In this document: positions 1-10,622 of the stretch, one piece after another | Layout of the letters: the number at the start of each line of letters is the position of its first letter | Numbering within the stretch: position 1 is the stretch's first letter | NCBI GenBank assembly: GCA_934777505.1 | Contig: CAKVNM010000004.1 | Coordinates: 81,342 to 145,341, forward strand | Origin: an uncultured Clostridia bacterium | GTDB taxonomy: Bacteria > Bacillota > Clostridia > Christensenellales > UBA1242 | Direction of reading: 5' to 3' | DNA length: 64,000 nt | Program-made: the position numbers and the translations under genes | Notes under the pieces: model-generated | What the model saw: the letters and a program-made list of their open reading frames with translations, nothing else | The model's database searches: none | What the model was told of the DNA's origin: nothing

Positions 1-22
1 TGTTTTTTCCATAATTTTCTCT

Positions 23-865
23 CTACATAGTTTTTTCGTATTGCTTTTCGTTTTCTTTTTCGAGTAGTTTTTTGTAAAACTCGTTTTCTGCAACGCTTAG
101 CAAAATATCAAGATTTCTTGCTCGTGAAGACTGTTCAAGATTTTGCTTTACAAGGCAGTTGGAAATTTCCTTAGAGTCGTTAACAATAACAAACTGTCCG
201 TCAAGTCTGTTTTCGGGATTGATTTTTTGTTGAAGCGAACAAACTTGCTCAGCGGTGATTTTTCCGTCAAACTCAACAAGGCGTTTTAGAATATTCTCGG
301 TGGCTATCACATTAACGCTAACAGGGAAGATGTTGTATTCAAGATTTGTGCTTTTGATTGTGAATGTGCTAGAGGTTTGAATGTTCAAAAATTTAAGTTT
401 TTGCGAATATTTTTTGTTGATTTGCTTTGTTAAAAACAAAATTGAATTTTTGTCAAGGTTTAGTAGCAGTGATTTAAGGCTGTCAATGTAGCAGTCAAGT
501 TTGGTTAGACTTTTTTGACACTGTTCAATTCTAAAATTATTGCTATTGATATTTTTTGCAATATCGTTATATTTTAATATTTGCGATTTGATATATTTTT
601 TGTTTTGCTCGATTAGTGAAAGTTTTTTGCCAGATAGTATGTAGTTTTCAATCAATTTTTCACTATAACTTTCGGCAAGTTTAATTTTCTTTGAAATCAA
701 CTTTTTTTGTTTTATTAGTTCTTGATTGTCGTCATGAAGATTTTTGTCAAGAGTGTTAAACTGTTGCCACTTTTTGATTTTTTCATAAACATAATCTTTG
801 TCAAATCTATAATTTGAGTATTTAGACATTTTGCTCTCCTTGTCGGTACTGATATTTATATGCAT
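23..865 (-). CDS. hypothetical coiled-coil protein (280 aa)
   Basis: Complete ORF with K/E/L/N-rich, heptad-like composition and no catalytic motif. Divergent from the helicase gene at 1082. Stop TAG. Confidence 0.5.
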   Translation of the reverse strand: MHINISTDKESKMSKYSNYRFDKDYVYEKIKKWQQFNTLDKNLHDDNQELIKQKKLISKKIKLAESYSEKLIENYILSGKKLSLIEQNKKYIKSQILKYNDIAKNINSNNFRIEQCQKSLTKLDCYIDSLKSLLLNLDKNSILFLTKQINKKYSQKLKFLNIQTSSTFTIKSTNLEYNIFPVSVNVIATENILKRLVEFDGKITAEQVCSLQQKINPENRLDGQFVIVNDSKEISNCLVKQNLEQSSRARNLDILLSVAENEFYKKLLEKENEKQYEKTM

Positions 866-1081
866 TAATGTTTGTAAAATGCTTTTTTATTACATAGTAT
901 TATAAATCAAAATTTGGTTTTTTCAAACTCTTTAATCAGGTTATAGTCAAAAACTTTGGAGATAACAAAAGCGGTTTTTGTCGAATTTTATTTTGCAATT
1001 TTTGACATATTTTTCTTGCAAGTTATTGAAAAAATAGTCCCACTGTGATATCATATTTAGCATAGGAGAAAATTTGACTTT

Positions 1082-4000
1082 ATGAGAACAATATACAAGT
1101 TTTACAAAGAAAGACTAATCGAAATCAACGGCAAAAATCGTAGCCTATACTCAAAAAATATTAGCAAAAAATATTCCTACGATATCGGCAAAATTATTGG
1201 TGATGATACTGACGCAATAAAGGAGTTTTTGGACTTTGTTTGGAAAGGCAAAACCAAGGGCTACACTTTGATTAGCAAAGATATTAAGGACAAACTTTTT
1301 TATTCTTTGAATCTTGATGACAAAATCAAAAATGGCTTTAAAGACACTTCCGCAATGACAACCGAAGAGCAACGCCTAGAAAATCTTAGACGAGAAAGAC
1401 TCAAACGAGAAGAAGGCAAAAAGGCCATAACAAGGGAAGTTACTGCACTTAAAGCATTGAAGCGAGAGATTGAAGAGTTTGCCAAAGAAACTGGAAGATA
1501 CGAACTTTTTGTTGGTTATCCATTTGTTACAGGTGCAATCGGCAAAGACTTGATTGTTAAAGCACCGCTCCTTTTGTTTCCAGTTGTGATTGATGTTGAA
1601 AACGATAGCACAGTGTCGCTCGAAGTCAAAAACGATGAGTTTGTTCAAATGAACAAAGTTTTGTTGCTTGCGTACGCCAAAGCACACAAAATTAACACTG
1701 ACGATTTAACTTTGGAATTTGACAACCTTGAAGACTACAAACTTGACGACATCGAAAGCGTTTTGAAGTATCTTGCCAACTTTGGAATTAAAATTCAAAA
1801 CAAAGCCAAAGGAAAAATGGTGGCTTTCGACAAGTTGAAAGAGCCATCTGGCACAGACGATTTGACGCTATATAACGCTTGCGTTATTGGAAGATTTCCG
1901 CTTGCCAACGCAATCTATAACGATTACAGTTTGATGGACAAAAAGAAACTTACTAGCGAAGCGATAGACGAACTTTTGGAAAGCAAACCATGCAAAAAAG
2001 TTAAAAAGCCAGACACCAGACTTTATAGCATAAGCAGTCTTGACTTTGCACAAGAAAACGCTATTGAAAACTTGAACAAAAGTGGCAATATGGTTATATA
2101 TGGCCCACCGGGAACGGGTAAGTCGCAAACAATCGTAAATATTATCGCCGATGCAATTTGCAAGAACAAAAGAGTGCTTGTGGTTAGTCAAAAAAAGGCA
2201 GCACTTGATGTTGTTTTCAACAGACTAAAAAATCTCAATTCAAAGTGTATGTTCTTAACAGACGCCGAGAAAAACAAGGTAGATTTTTATGAACGAGTAA
2301 AACAAGCCCACTTTGACTTGATTGACAACTACAAAGAATCAAATTCTATCAGCGAGTTTGACGAAATAGAAAAAAATATTCAAACCGAAACCGCCGACCT
2401 TGAAGAAATTTCTTCCGCACTGTTTGAACAAAAACCTTTTGGACTCACTTTGCAGGAAATGTATGCAAACTCTGCAAAGATTGGCAAAAACACTCTTGAT
2501 TATGAATACTATCAACTTTTGATTTCTAACAAAGATATCATGAAAATGAACTATCAAGAACTTTCCAACACTCTAAGAGTTATCAAGGAAAAAAACAAAG
2601 CAGACTTGTATAGCAGATTTATCGAACTCAAAAAACAAAATTCTTTAATCGACCACATCAAGCCCGACCTTGATATGCACCTTATTGGCGAAGCCAGAGC
2701 ATATCTTAGCGAGTTGTTGCAAAAAAGACTTGTTCCGTTCGACACTTCCAAACACTCATATTCCAGACAACTTTTGACATATTATCTTGAAAACGATGCA
2801 AAGGACGAAAACGCCCTAAAACCACTTGTAAAAATGATTTTTGAAGTAAAAAATCCAAAACTTAATCGTTTTTACAAATTTTCTAAGATATTTTTCCCAA
2901 TGTATCCAGTCGCAAGACATTATGTTAATGGTGTGCAAAAGGAAATCAAACAAGACTTTAAATCGTCACTTGATAGCATGAAAGCCTATATTCAAAACTA
3001 CTCGCTACTTGAAAAAGTGCTCGACCAAAAGGGCTATATCATGGCGATTGATAATATCATCAACGGCAACAACTTGTTTTTAAAACTTTTGCTTTCCGCT
3101 CTTGATGATTATATTGAAATTCGTGATGTTAACACTTCGTTAAAGAGTTTGACCGATGATGAAAAATTGGTTTTGGGATTTGCTTATGAAAACACCAAAA
3201 ACCTAAAATCATTCAAGGCACTGCTTGATAAAATGCTAGAACTTAGAGTGTATCACGAAGCCGTGCTATATGAAGACGAGTACAGAGAAACTCTTGCAAA
3301 AATCATTGATTTTGAAAACATTAGAAACAGAATTTTATCACTCAAAGAAGATGAAAAAAATGCGTCAATTAATCTTAGTATGGATATGTTCAAAGACGAC
3401 TATGTTGAACTATATAGCAAACATAGGGAGAGTAAGAACTATCTATATCAAATAACAAAACAGCAAGGACTTTTGCCAATACGAAGCATGATGGAAATGT
3501 ACGGCGACTTTTTGCTAACACTTTTCCCATGCTGGCTGTTGTCACCAGAAAGCGTTTCGCAAATCATGCCATTAAAACGCAATTTGTTTGATATTATCTT
3601 GTTTGACGAAGCATCGCAAATCTTTATCGAAAACTCTATTCCAGCAATTTATCGTGGCAAATATATTGTTGTTGCAGGCGACTCCAAGCAACTTAGACCA
3701 ACCGCAACCTTTGTTAAAAGATATCTTGGCTATGACGGGGACGAAGAGATTAGTATGTCCACAATGGCGGCGCTAGAAGTTGAAAGTTTGCTCGACCTTG
3801 CCACCAGCAGATACACCAGTGCAAACCTTACATATCACTACCGTTCAAAGAGTGCAGAACTCATTGACTTTTCAAACTACGCTTTTTATGACGGCAAACT
3901 CCAAATTGCTCCAAACATAACAAAAAATGTTGGCAAAAAACCAATCGAACGAATTAAAATCGAAGGCAGTTGGAAAAACAGGCAAAACCTTGAAGAAGCA

Positions 4001-4891
4001 ACCACCATTGCAAATCTTCTAAAAACAATTTTTAAAACCAGAAAAAACAACGAAAGTATTGGAATTATCACATTCAATGCAGAGCAGGAAGATGCTATCG
4101 AAAACGCAATCGACAAGCTTTGTCAGCAAGATAGCAAATTCCGTGACGACTTTATCAAAGAGTCCAACCGAAAAGAAAACGGAGAAGACACTAGCATATT
4201 TATCAAGAACCTAGAAAATGTGCAGGGTGACGAGCGTGATATCATAATCTTTTCAATCGGTTATGCAAAAAATGAATACGGCAAAGTTGTTGCTCACTTT
4301 GGACCACTCTCGGTCGAAGGCGGAGAAAACAGACTCAATGTTGCAATCACTCGTGCAAAGAGCAAAATCTATGTTGTAACCAGCATTGAGCCAGAAGAAT
4401 TGAATGTTGAAGGCACAAAAAATCTTGGACCAAAAATTTTTAAAAACTATCTTATGTATGTTAGGGCAGTTTCTAACGGCAACAAAGACGAAGCCAAATT
4501 TATTTTGGAACGCTACAAGTCGGTTATGTCCAAGCCAAAAGAAAACTTGTCCAGCAAAATGGAAAACGATATAAAACAAGAACTAGAAAAACTTGGCTAT
4601 ATTGTTGAAACAAACCTTGGCAACACAAACTACAAACTCTCCCTTGCAATCTACGACAAAAAACTTGATAGATACTTGCTTGGCGTGGAGTGCGATTATT
4701 CTGCCTATGCTAGCAGTGATAGCATACTAGAAAGAGATGTGTTTAGAAACAAATTTTTGGAATCTCGTGGCTGGAAAATTGTTAGAGTTTGGTCAAGAGA
4801 TTGGTGGCTTAACAAACACAAAGTTGTTCAAAGAATAATCAAACTTGCCGAAGCAAATCGCAAAAAATTGATGATTGAAAACGGAAAGTAA
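1082..4891 (+). CDS. Superfamily-1 (Upf1-like, AAA_11/AAA_12) helicase with DUF4011-like N-terminus and C-terminal DUF559/Vsr-like PD-(D/E)xK endonuclease domain
   Basis: Walker A GPPGTGKSQT, DEASQ, VAGDSKQLRP, VQGDERD and RLNVAITRAK motifs. C-terminal GVECDYSAY...GWKIVRVWSRDWW resembles DUF559-type nuclease folds. AGGAG RBS upstream. Confidence 0.85.
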   Translation: MRTIYKFYKERLIEINGKNRSLYSKNISKKYSYDIGKIIGDDTDAIKEFLDFVWKGKTKGYTLISKDIKDKLFYSLNLDDKIKNGFKDTSAMTTEEQRLENLRRERLKREEGKKAITREVTALKALKREIEEFAKETGRYELFVGYPFVTGAIGKDLIVKAPLLLFPVVIDVENDSTVSLEVKNDEFVQMNKVLLLAYAKAHKINTDDLTLEFDNLEDYKLDDIESVLKYLANFGIKIQNKAKGKMVAFDKLKEPSGTDDLTLYNACVIGRFPLANAIYNDYSLMDKKKLTSEAIDELLESKPCKKVKKPDTRLYSISSLDFAQENAIENLNKSGNMVIYGPPGTGKSQTIVNIIADAICKNKRVLVVSQKKAALDVVFNRLKNLNSKCMFLTDAEKNKVDFYERVKQAHFDLIDNYKESNSISEFDEIEKNIQTETADLEEISSALFEQKPFGLTLQEMYANSAKIGKNTLDYEYYQLLISNKDIMKMNYQELSNTLRVIKEKNKADLYSRFIELKKQNSLIDHIKPDLDMHLIGEARAYLSELLQKRLVPFDTSKHSYSRQLLTYYLENDAKDENALKPLVKMIFEVKNPKLNRFYKFSKIFFPMYPVARHYVNGVQKEIKQDFKSSLDSMKAYIQNYSLLEKVLDQKGYIMAIDNIINGNNLFLKLLLSALDDYIEIRDVNTSLKSLTDDEKLVLGFAYENTKNLKSFKALLDKMLELRVYHEAVLYEDEYRETLAKIIDFENIRNRILSLKEDEKNASINLSMDMFKDDYVELYSKHRESKNYLYQITKQQGLLPIRSMMEMYGDFLLTLFPCWLLSPESVSQIMPLKRNLFDIILFDEASQIFIENSIPAIYRGKYIVVAGDSKQLRPTATFVKRYLGYDGDEEISMSTMAALEVESLLDLATSRYTSANLTYHYRSKSAELIDFSNYAFYDGKLQIAPNITKNVGKKPIERIKIEGSWKNRQNLEEATTIANLLKTIFKTRKNNESIGIITFNAEQEDAIENAIDKLCQQDSKFRDDFIKESNRKENGEDTSIFIKNLENVQGDERDIIIFSIGYAKNEYGKVVAHFGPLSVEGGENRLNVAITRAKSKIYVVTSIEPEELNVEGTKNLGPKIFKNYLMYVRAVSNGNKDEAKFILERYKSVMSKPKENLSSKMENDIKQELEKLGYIVETNLGNTNYKLSLAIYDKKLDRYLLGVECDYSAYASSDSILERDVFRNKFLESRGWKIVRVWSRDWWLNKHKVVQRIIKLAEANRKKLMIENGK

Positions 4892-4921
4892 AATTTCTTA
4901 GATTTAAAAAAATGTTAAAAA

Positions 4922-4946
4922 AAGGCTTAAAATTAGCCTTTTTTTT
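4922..4946. terminator. rho-independent terminator between convergent helicase and SOD genes
   Basis: Stem AAGGCT / AGCCTT flanked by an A-run and a T-run. Confidence 0.6.
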
Positions 4947-4994
4947 GTTTATTTTTTGTTATTTTTTAATGTTTTTGTTCAAGTTTCAGCAAAA

Positions 4995-5447
4995 TTAATA
5001 TTTTTTTATAACTCCGCACGCAATTCTTTTTCCTGAGTTTCCGCTTGGCTGAGAAGAAAAATCGTCAAAGCCAAGGTGGATAATAACCGAGTGTTCAACA
5101 ATTTCGTCACACGAAAATCTGTCTGTCAGCGTAGCGCTAAATGCTCTGCCGTTGCAACTTAACAGTGGTGGCAAATCGCCTTTGTGGAGCGGGTGAATAT
5201 CCCCGCCATAATGTCCGCCCGCACTTTCAAAATCGTCTTGGCAACTCCCGTTTTCATGAATGTGCATAGCAAAAAAGTTTGTTTTTGTTGGTGGCAGATT
5301 TGTTATTTCAGTCACAACAATAACGCCCATTTTGCACTCGTAAAATTTTACTACTCCCGCAATGTTTTTGTATTCGCTAGACCCTTGAAGATTGCATACA
5401 AGTGTTGGCTTAAAAGCATAGATTGTTTTAAAAATTTCGTTCATCAT
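4995..5447 (-). CDS. sodC: Cu/Zn superoxide dismutase family protein, no signal peptide
   Basis: Metal-ligand pattern MHIHENGSC ... GGHYGG ... HPLHKGDLP ... VIIHLGFDD ... GKRIACGVI. Confidence 0.75.
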   Translation of the reverse strand: MMNEIFKTIYAFKPTLVCNLQGSSEYKNIAGVVKFYECKMGVIVVTEITNLPPTKTNFFAMHIHENGSCQDDFESAGGHYGGDIHPLHKGDLPPLLSCNGRAFSATLTDRFSCDEIVEHSVIIHLGFDDFSSQPSGNSGKRIACGVIKKY

Positions 5448-5585
5448 TTTTTATTATATGAATAATTGATATGCGTTGTTAAACCATGCAAAAACTTTTT
5501 GCTATAAAAAATTTTTATATTGGCATTAATTATGATATAATCAATCAAGCGCTAAAAACAAAAAAGCGTTTTAAACGAGGATAAA

Positions 5586-6728
5586 ATGAATATAACAGTA
5601 GTTTGCGATGTGCTTGGCAACGAAACCAACGGCACAACAATCGCTGCAATGAATTTGATTAGATTTCTACAAACCAAGCACAATGTTAAAATTTTGTGTG
5701 CAGACGAAAGCAAAAAGGGAATGGACGGCTACTATGTTGTGCCAAATTTAAGTTTGGGCGTTTTTGACAAGATTGTTCAAAAAAACAATGTTACTCTTGC
5801 AAAGCCACAAAACGACATCATTGAACAGTCGCTCGAAAATTGCGACCATGTTCACATCATGCTTCCGTTTGCTCTTGGCAGGCGTACCTTAAAACTCGCT
5901 CTTGAAAAGGGCATATCTGTTACGGCGGGCTTTCACGCTCAGGCAGAAAATCTTTCCGCCCATGTTAGACTCCACGGTGTTGGATTTGTCAACAAGGCAA
6001 TATACAAAAATTTTTACTCACATTTTTATAAATTTGTTGGCGGTGTGCATTATCCAACCGAGTTCATCAAAGAATGCTTTGAAAGTAGCATAAAACAACA
6101 GACCAAAGGCTATGTTATTAGCAACGGTGTTAATAGTCACATAACAAAAATGCAGGTTGAAAAACCAGATGACATGAAGGACAAAATCGTTATTTTGTCA
6201 ACTGGAAGATATAGCGTTGAAAAAGCCCAAGATGTGCTAATCAAGGCGGTTGGACTATCAAAGTATCGTGACAAAATCCAACTTGTGCTAGCAGGTCAAG
6301 GACCACTTTTTAACAAGTATAAAAAACTTGGCGACAAGTTGCCCGTAAAGCCAATCATGAAAGTTTTTGAGCGTGACGAAATGGCTCGTGTTTTAAATTC
6401 GTGCGATTTGTATGTCCACCCAGCGCAGATAGAACTTGAAGGCATTGCGTGCTTAGAAGCCATTTGTGTTGGCAAACTTGTGATTGTTTCAAACAGCAAA
6501 AAAAGTGCAACAAAGAACTTTGCTGTCGACCCAAAATGCGTGTTTGAAAGCAAAAATCCAAAAGACCTAGCAAGAGTGATTGACTATTTTATCGACCACC
6601 CAGACGAGAAAAAACTTTGCGAGCAGAAATATCTCGACTCATCGCACCTATACAATCAAGAAGAATGCATGAAAAAAATGGAGCAGATGATTATCGAAGT
6701 GCATTCTAATAACCAAAAACAAGATTAG
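5586..6728 (+). CDS. glycosyltransferase family 4 (GT-B; diacylglycerol glycosyltransferase-like)
   Basis: N-terminal NGTTIAA sugar-transferase fold start and C-terminal E-x7-E motif (ELEGIACLE). GAGGA RBS. Confidence 0.8.
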   Translation: MNITVVCDVLGNETNGTTIAAMNLIRFLQTKHNVKILCADESKKGMDGYYVVPNLSLGVFDKIVQKNNVTLAKPQNDIIEQSLENCDHVHIMLPFALGRRTLKLALEKGISVTAGFHAQAENLSAHVRLHGVGFVNKAIYKNFYSHFYKFVGGVHYPTEFIKECFESSIKQQTKGYVISNGVNSHITKMQVEKPDDMKDKIVILSTGRYSVEKAQDVLIKAVGLSKYRDKIQLVLAGQGPLFNKYKKLGDKLPVKPIMKVFERDEMARVLNSCDLYVHPAQIELEGIACLEAICVGKLVIVSNSKKSATKNFAVDPKCVFESKNPKDLARVIDYFIDHPDEKKLCEQKYLDSSHLYNQEECMKKMEQMIIEVHSNNQKQD

Positions 6729-7046
6729 TTTCGGCTAGAAAATTGATATAAGTGCATAAAAAATTGAGCAACAGTTGGTTGCTCTTTTTTTTGTTATTAA
6801 AGCAGACTATGTGTTATGTAATCTTTAACCACTAACTTTGCATTGCTGATTTACTTTAATTGCAAAGCATTTGCAAGTTTTATATCAACAAATTATAATA
6901 ACAAATTGCATTAAATATTTATAAAAAAGATGAAATGTTAAAATTAAGATACCATAAGTAAAATTTATATTACACATAAAAATCTTGTTCTTTTATTTAT
7001 GTGAGTGGTGTTGTATAATGTGTGCGTAAACGAAAAGGAGATAATT

Positions 7047-7541
7047 ATGAAACCACTAAATCAAACACAAAACAAACATTTTTACGAGAGCGGAAAGGGC
7101 TGTATTTTCAACAGTAATTTGGAAAATTGCATTTGCTATGTTGAGCCATTTTTTAACTATCAAACGGGAGAAGAAGAAAGCGTAAAGTTTTATGCTTCGG
7201 GTGCACTATTCACTTTTAAAAAGCAGTATAACATTGATATATTTTTTGTGAAAAACGATGGCAAAAAATTGTTTGAACACAAAGCAAACGGCACTTTTAA
7301 AACACAAAACAACATTTACGACATCAACACAGTTGTGTGCGACAACGGAGTTTTGGTCACAACTCAGCACCACGATGGCACTTTTGATTTTGACTATTAT
7401 TTGTATAACGGCATTAGAGTTCACGACTGCGACATTGAAAAACTAAAAAGCAAAATTGGCAAGATTGAAAAGCACATTTTGCTTATGGAAAAAACAAGGC
7501 AACTTGAAAACGAAACATTGAATAATCTTTTAAACGATTAG
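7047..7541 (+). CDS. hypothetical protein, paralog of 25029..25535
   Basis: ATG at 7047 with AAAGGAG RBS; the ORF-track start 7005 is less likely. Shares MKxLxQxQNxxFY, SVKxxxxGAL, NNIYDI and GVLVxTQxxDxTFxxDYxxYxG blocks with the ORF at 25029..25535. Confidence 0.55.
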   Translation: MKPLNQTQNKHFYESGKGCIFNSNLENCICYVEPFFNYQTGEEESVKFYASGALFTFKKQYNIDIFFVKNDGKKLFEHKANGTFKTQNNIYDINTVVCDNGVLVTTQHHDGTFDFDYYLYNGIRVHDCDIEKLKSKIGKIEKHILLMEKTRQLENETLNNLLND

Positions 7542-7969
7542 TAATTTTAGAAAAAATAGCATATTTTTGCTATTTTTTTGTGATTTTTTATGCTTTTTGA
7601 CTATATTTTTATTTTTTTCTAGTTTTTGTTGGAATTTTGTTTTGTGTGCAAATCACTTTTAATTAAATCTTTTATATCTAATTCTATAAATTTTTGTAAT
7701 TAATTTTTTTATCATATCACAACTTATATCAAATATTGATATTTAGCAACATTAAATTGTACCAAACAAAATAACATAAAAAATAATTATAATTCCCCGT
7801 AAATTTTTCTAAGTTATTTGTTTAAAAATTAATGATATAATCCGTTAAGAAATAATATCGAATTATTAGAGTTTACAAGTCGATTAAAAAAATTGACTTA
7901 TACTACTAATAATGCTAAAATATTTCTTGATTTTATGGCTATGTTTAGTCAAGCAAACTAGGAGAACTT

Positions 7970-10432
7970 ATGGACTACGATTTTTCAAATATCGAAAAAA
8001 AATGGCAAGAATATTACGACAAGCATCAAACTTTTTCTGCCACAGAATATGACAAACCAAAATACTACTACTTGGTAGAGTTTCCTTATCCATCGGGTGA
8101 CGGACTTCATGTTGGTCACACAAGGGGTTATACCGCCATTGATGTTATGGCAAGAAAGAAAAGAATGCAGGGGTTCAATGTTTTGTTCCCAATGGGTTGG
8201 GACGCTTTTGGCGAAGCAGCCGAAGGTTATGCAATCAAGCACAAAATCCACCCAAAAGAAGCAGTACAAAAAAATATTGCTTCGTTCAAAAATCAATGTC
8301 AAAAACTTGGCTATTCTTTTGACTGGTCAAGGGAATTTTCCACAACAGACGAAGACTATATGAAGTGGACTCAATGGCAGTTTATCAAATTTTTTGAACA
8401 CGGAATGGCATACAAAGCACCTGCAAAAGTAAATTGGTGTCCAGTGTGCAAAATCACAAAGTCCAACGAAGAAGCAGCGGGCGGAGTGTGTGATAGATGC
8501 GGTTCTGCCGTTGTCGAAATGCAAAAAGAGCAATGGATGCTCAAAATGAAAGACTATGCTCAGGATTTGCTTGACGGATTAAAAGACACAAACTATATCG
8601 ACAGAATTAAAACTGCTCAAATCAACTGGATTGGCAAAACAAAAGGTCTTGATATCAAATTTAAAATCAAAGACAAAGACGAGTTTGTTACAGTTTTTAC
8701 AACTCGTCCAGACACAATTTTTGGCGTAACTTCCATTCAAATTGCTCCAAGTCATGGCTTGATAGAAAAGTATGCAAGCGTTATTCCAAACTACGCCGAG
8801 ATTGAAAATTATATCAAAGAAACAGACGAAAAAGAACAAGAAGAACTAAAACGCAAACTTGAAGAATCTAAGGGTGCAGATAAACAAAAACGCAAACAAA
8901 TGAGAAAAGACTCTTTCAAAAAAGAGAAAGAAAAAACAGGCGTTTTGGTCAAAGGCTTGGTTGCTATCAACCCAGTCAATCAAAAAGAAGTTCCAATTTT
9001 CGTTTCTAACTATGTTCTAAGCGACAAGGGAACAGGCGCGGTTATGTCCGTTCCAGCGCACGACCAAAGAGATTATGTTTTTGCAAAAAATTATGGCACT
9101 GAGATTATTCAAGTAATCGAAGGCGGAGATATTTCAAAAGCGGCTTATACTGGTGACGGAAAGCATATTAATTCTGGATACCTTGACGGTTTAAACAACG
9201 AGCAAGCGTTTGAAAAGGTTAGAGAAGAACTTTCTAAACAAGGCTTGTGCGAAGTTAAGACAGACTACAAACTTGACGATTGGGTATTTTCAAGACAAAG
9301 ATTTTGGGGAGAGCCAATCCCACTTGTAAAATGCGAAAAGCACGGTTGGGTGGCAGTCAAGGACGAAGACTTGCCAGTAACACTTCCAAATGTTGCTTCC
9401 TACGAGCCAACCGACACAGGTGAATCTCCACTTGCAAAAATCACAGACTGGGTTAACACAACTTGTCCAATCTGCGGAGGACCAGCAAAGCGAGAAACCG
9501 ACACAATGCCAGGCTGGGCAGGTTCGTCATGGTACTTTTTAAGGTTTATGGACGCCCACAACGACAAAGAGTTTGCTAGTCAAAAGGCAATGAAGTATTG
9601 GGGTAAGGTTGATTTCTATGACGGCGGAATGGAACACGCAGCAAGACATTTGCTCTACGCAAGATTTTGGAATCACTTTTTGAACGATATTGGACTTGTT
9701 CCAAACAGAGAACCAGTCGACAGAAGAATTGCTCACGGAATGGTGCTTGGCGAAGGCGGAGTGAAAATGAGCAAATCGCTTGGCAATGTTGTTAATCCAA
9801 ACATGATTGTTGACAAGTATGGTGCGGACGCTCTAAGAATTTTCATGATGTTCATGGGCAACTATGAAGACGATGTTAATTGGAGCGAAGAAGGCGTTAG
9901 AAGTTGCAAAAAGTTTATCGAAAGAGTTATAAAACTTGGCGAAAAACTTGGTGCAGAAAAAGATAGTCAGGATTTGAATATATTGCTCCACAAAACAATC
10001 AAAAAAGTTACGAGCGATATTGACGCAACAAAGTTTAATACAGCAATTTCTGCAATGCATATTTTGGTTAATAAAATGGAGCAACAATCTTCCATTTCAA
10101 AACAAGCATACAGAACACTTTTGTTATTGCTTCATCCATACGCTCCACATATCACGGAAGAACTAAACAGTGTTTATAATCTTGGCGAAGTTCTTGCTTA
10201 TTCAGCATGGCCAACATACAACGAGAGTGACACAATCGACCAAAATATCACAATCAGCGTGCAAGTAAACGGCAAGTTTAAGGGCACGATTGATGTGTTA
10301 CTAAACGAAGACGAAGAATCACTCAAACAAAAAGCCGTTCAAGACGAAACAATCAGCAAGTACTTGGTTGGCAAGGAAATTGTAAGGTTTATTATCATTA
10401 AAAACAGAGCAATTAATATTATTGCAAAGTAA
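7970..10432 (+). CDS. leuS: leucine--tRNA ligase
   Basis: HVGH (HIGH) and KMSKS motifs, TTRPDT editing-domain motif, full-length class I LeuRS architecture, AGGAG RBS. Confidence 0.97.
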   Translation: MDYDFSNIEKKWQEYYDKHQTFSATEYDKPKYYYLVEFPYPSGDGLHVGHTRGYTAIDVMARKKRMQGFNVLFPMGWDAFGEAAEGYAIKHKIHPKEAVQKNIASFKNQCQKLGYSFDWSREFSTTDEDYMKWTQWQFIKFFEHGMAYKAPAKVNWCPVCKITKSNEEAAGGVCDRCGSAVVEMQKEQWMLKMKDYAQDLLDGLKDTNYIDRIKTAQINWIGKTKGLDIKFKIKDKDEFVTVFTTRPDTIFGVTSIQIAPSHGLIEKYASVIPNYAEIENYIKETDEKEQEELKRKLEESKGADKQKRKQMRKDSFKKEKEKTGVLVKGLVAINPVNQKEVPIFVSNYVLSDKGTGAVMSVPAHDQRDYVFAKNYGTEIIQVIEGGDISKAAYTGDGKHINSGYLDGLNNEQAFEKVREELSKQGLCEVKTDYKLDDWVFSRQRFWGEPIPLVKCEKHGWVAVKDEDLPVTLPNVASYEPTDTGESPLAKITDWVNTTCPICGGPAKRETDTMPGWAGSSWYFLRFMDAHNDKEFASQKAMKYWGKVDFYDGGMEHAARHLLYARFWNHFLNDIGLVPNREPVDRRIAHGMVLGEGGVKMSKSLGNVVNPNMIVDKYGADALRIFMMFMGNYEDDVNWSEEGVRSCKKFIERVIKLGEKLGAEKDSQDLNILLHKTIKKVTSDIDATKFNTAISAMHILVNKMEQQSSISKQAYRTLLLLLHPYAPHITEELNSVYNLGEVLAYSAWPTYNESDTIDQNITISVQVNGKFKGTIDVLLNEDEESLKQKAVQDETISKYLVGKEIVRFIIIKNRAINIIAK

Positions 10433-10450
10433 AATTTGAATTATTTTTGA

Positions 10451-10480
10451 AAGACTACTTGGAATATAGTAGTCTTTATT
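10451..10480 (+). terminator. rho-independent terminator after leuS
   Basis: Stem AAGACTACT / AGTAGTCTT followed by a T-rich tail. Confidence 0.6.
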
Positions 10481-10622
10481 GTGTATTTCTACTAATTTAA
10501 TTGCTTAAAGTTAACATAATTGCCATAAATTTTCACTTTTGCTGTTAATTAATAAAAATACTTTTGCTATTATGCTAAAATTCTTGTTGTATTTATTGAC
10601 ACACAACGGAGGAAAAATTACG

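Noticed and set aside
7542-7969. Possible T-box leader upstream of leuS (430-bp untranslated region)
   Set aside because: I could not find the conserved T-box sequence (..GGTGGTACCGCG-like), a specifier-loop arrangement or a terminator/antiterminator pair. The region is simply AT-rich. The serS upstream region (about 150 bp) is too short for a T-box.
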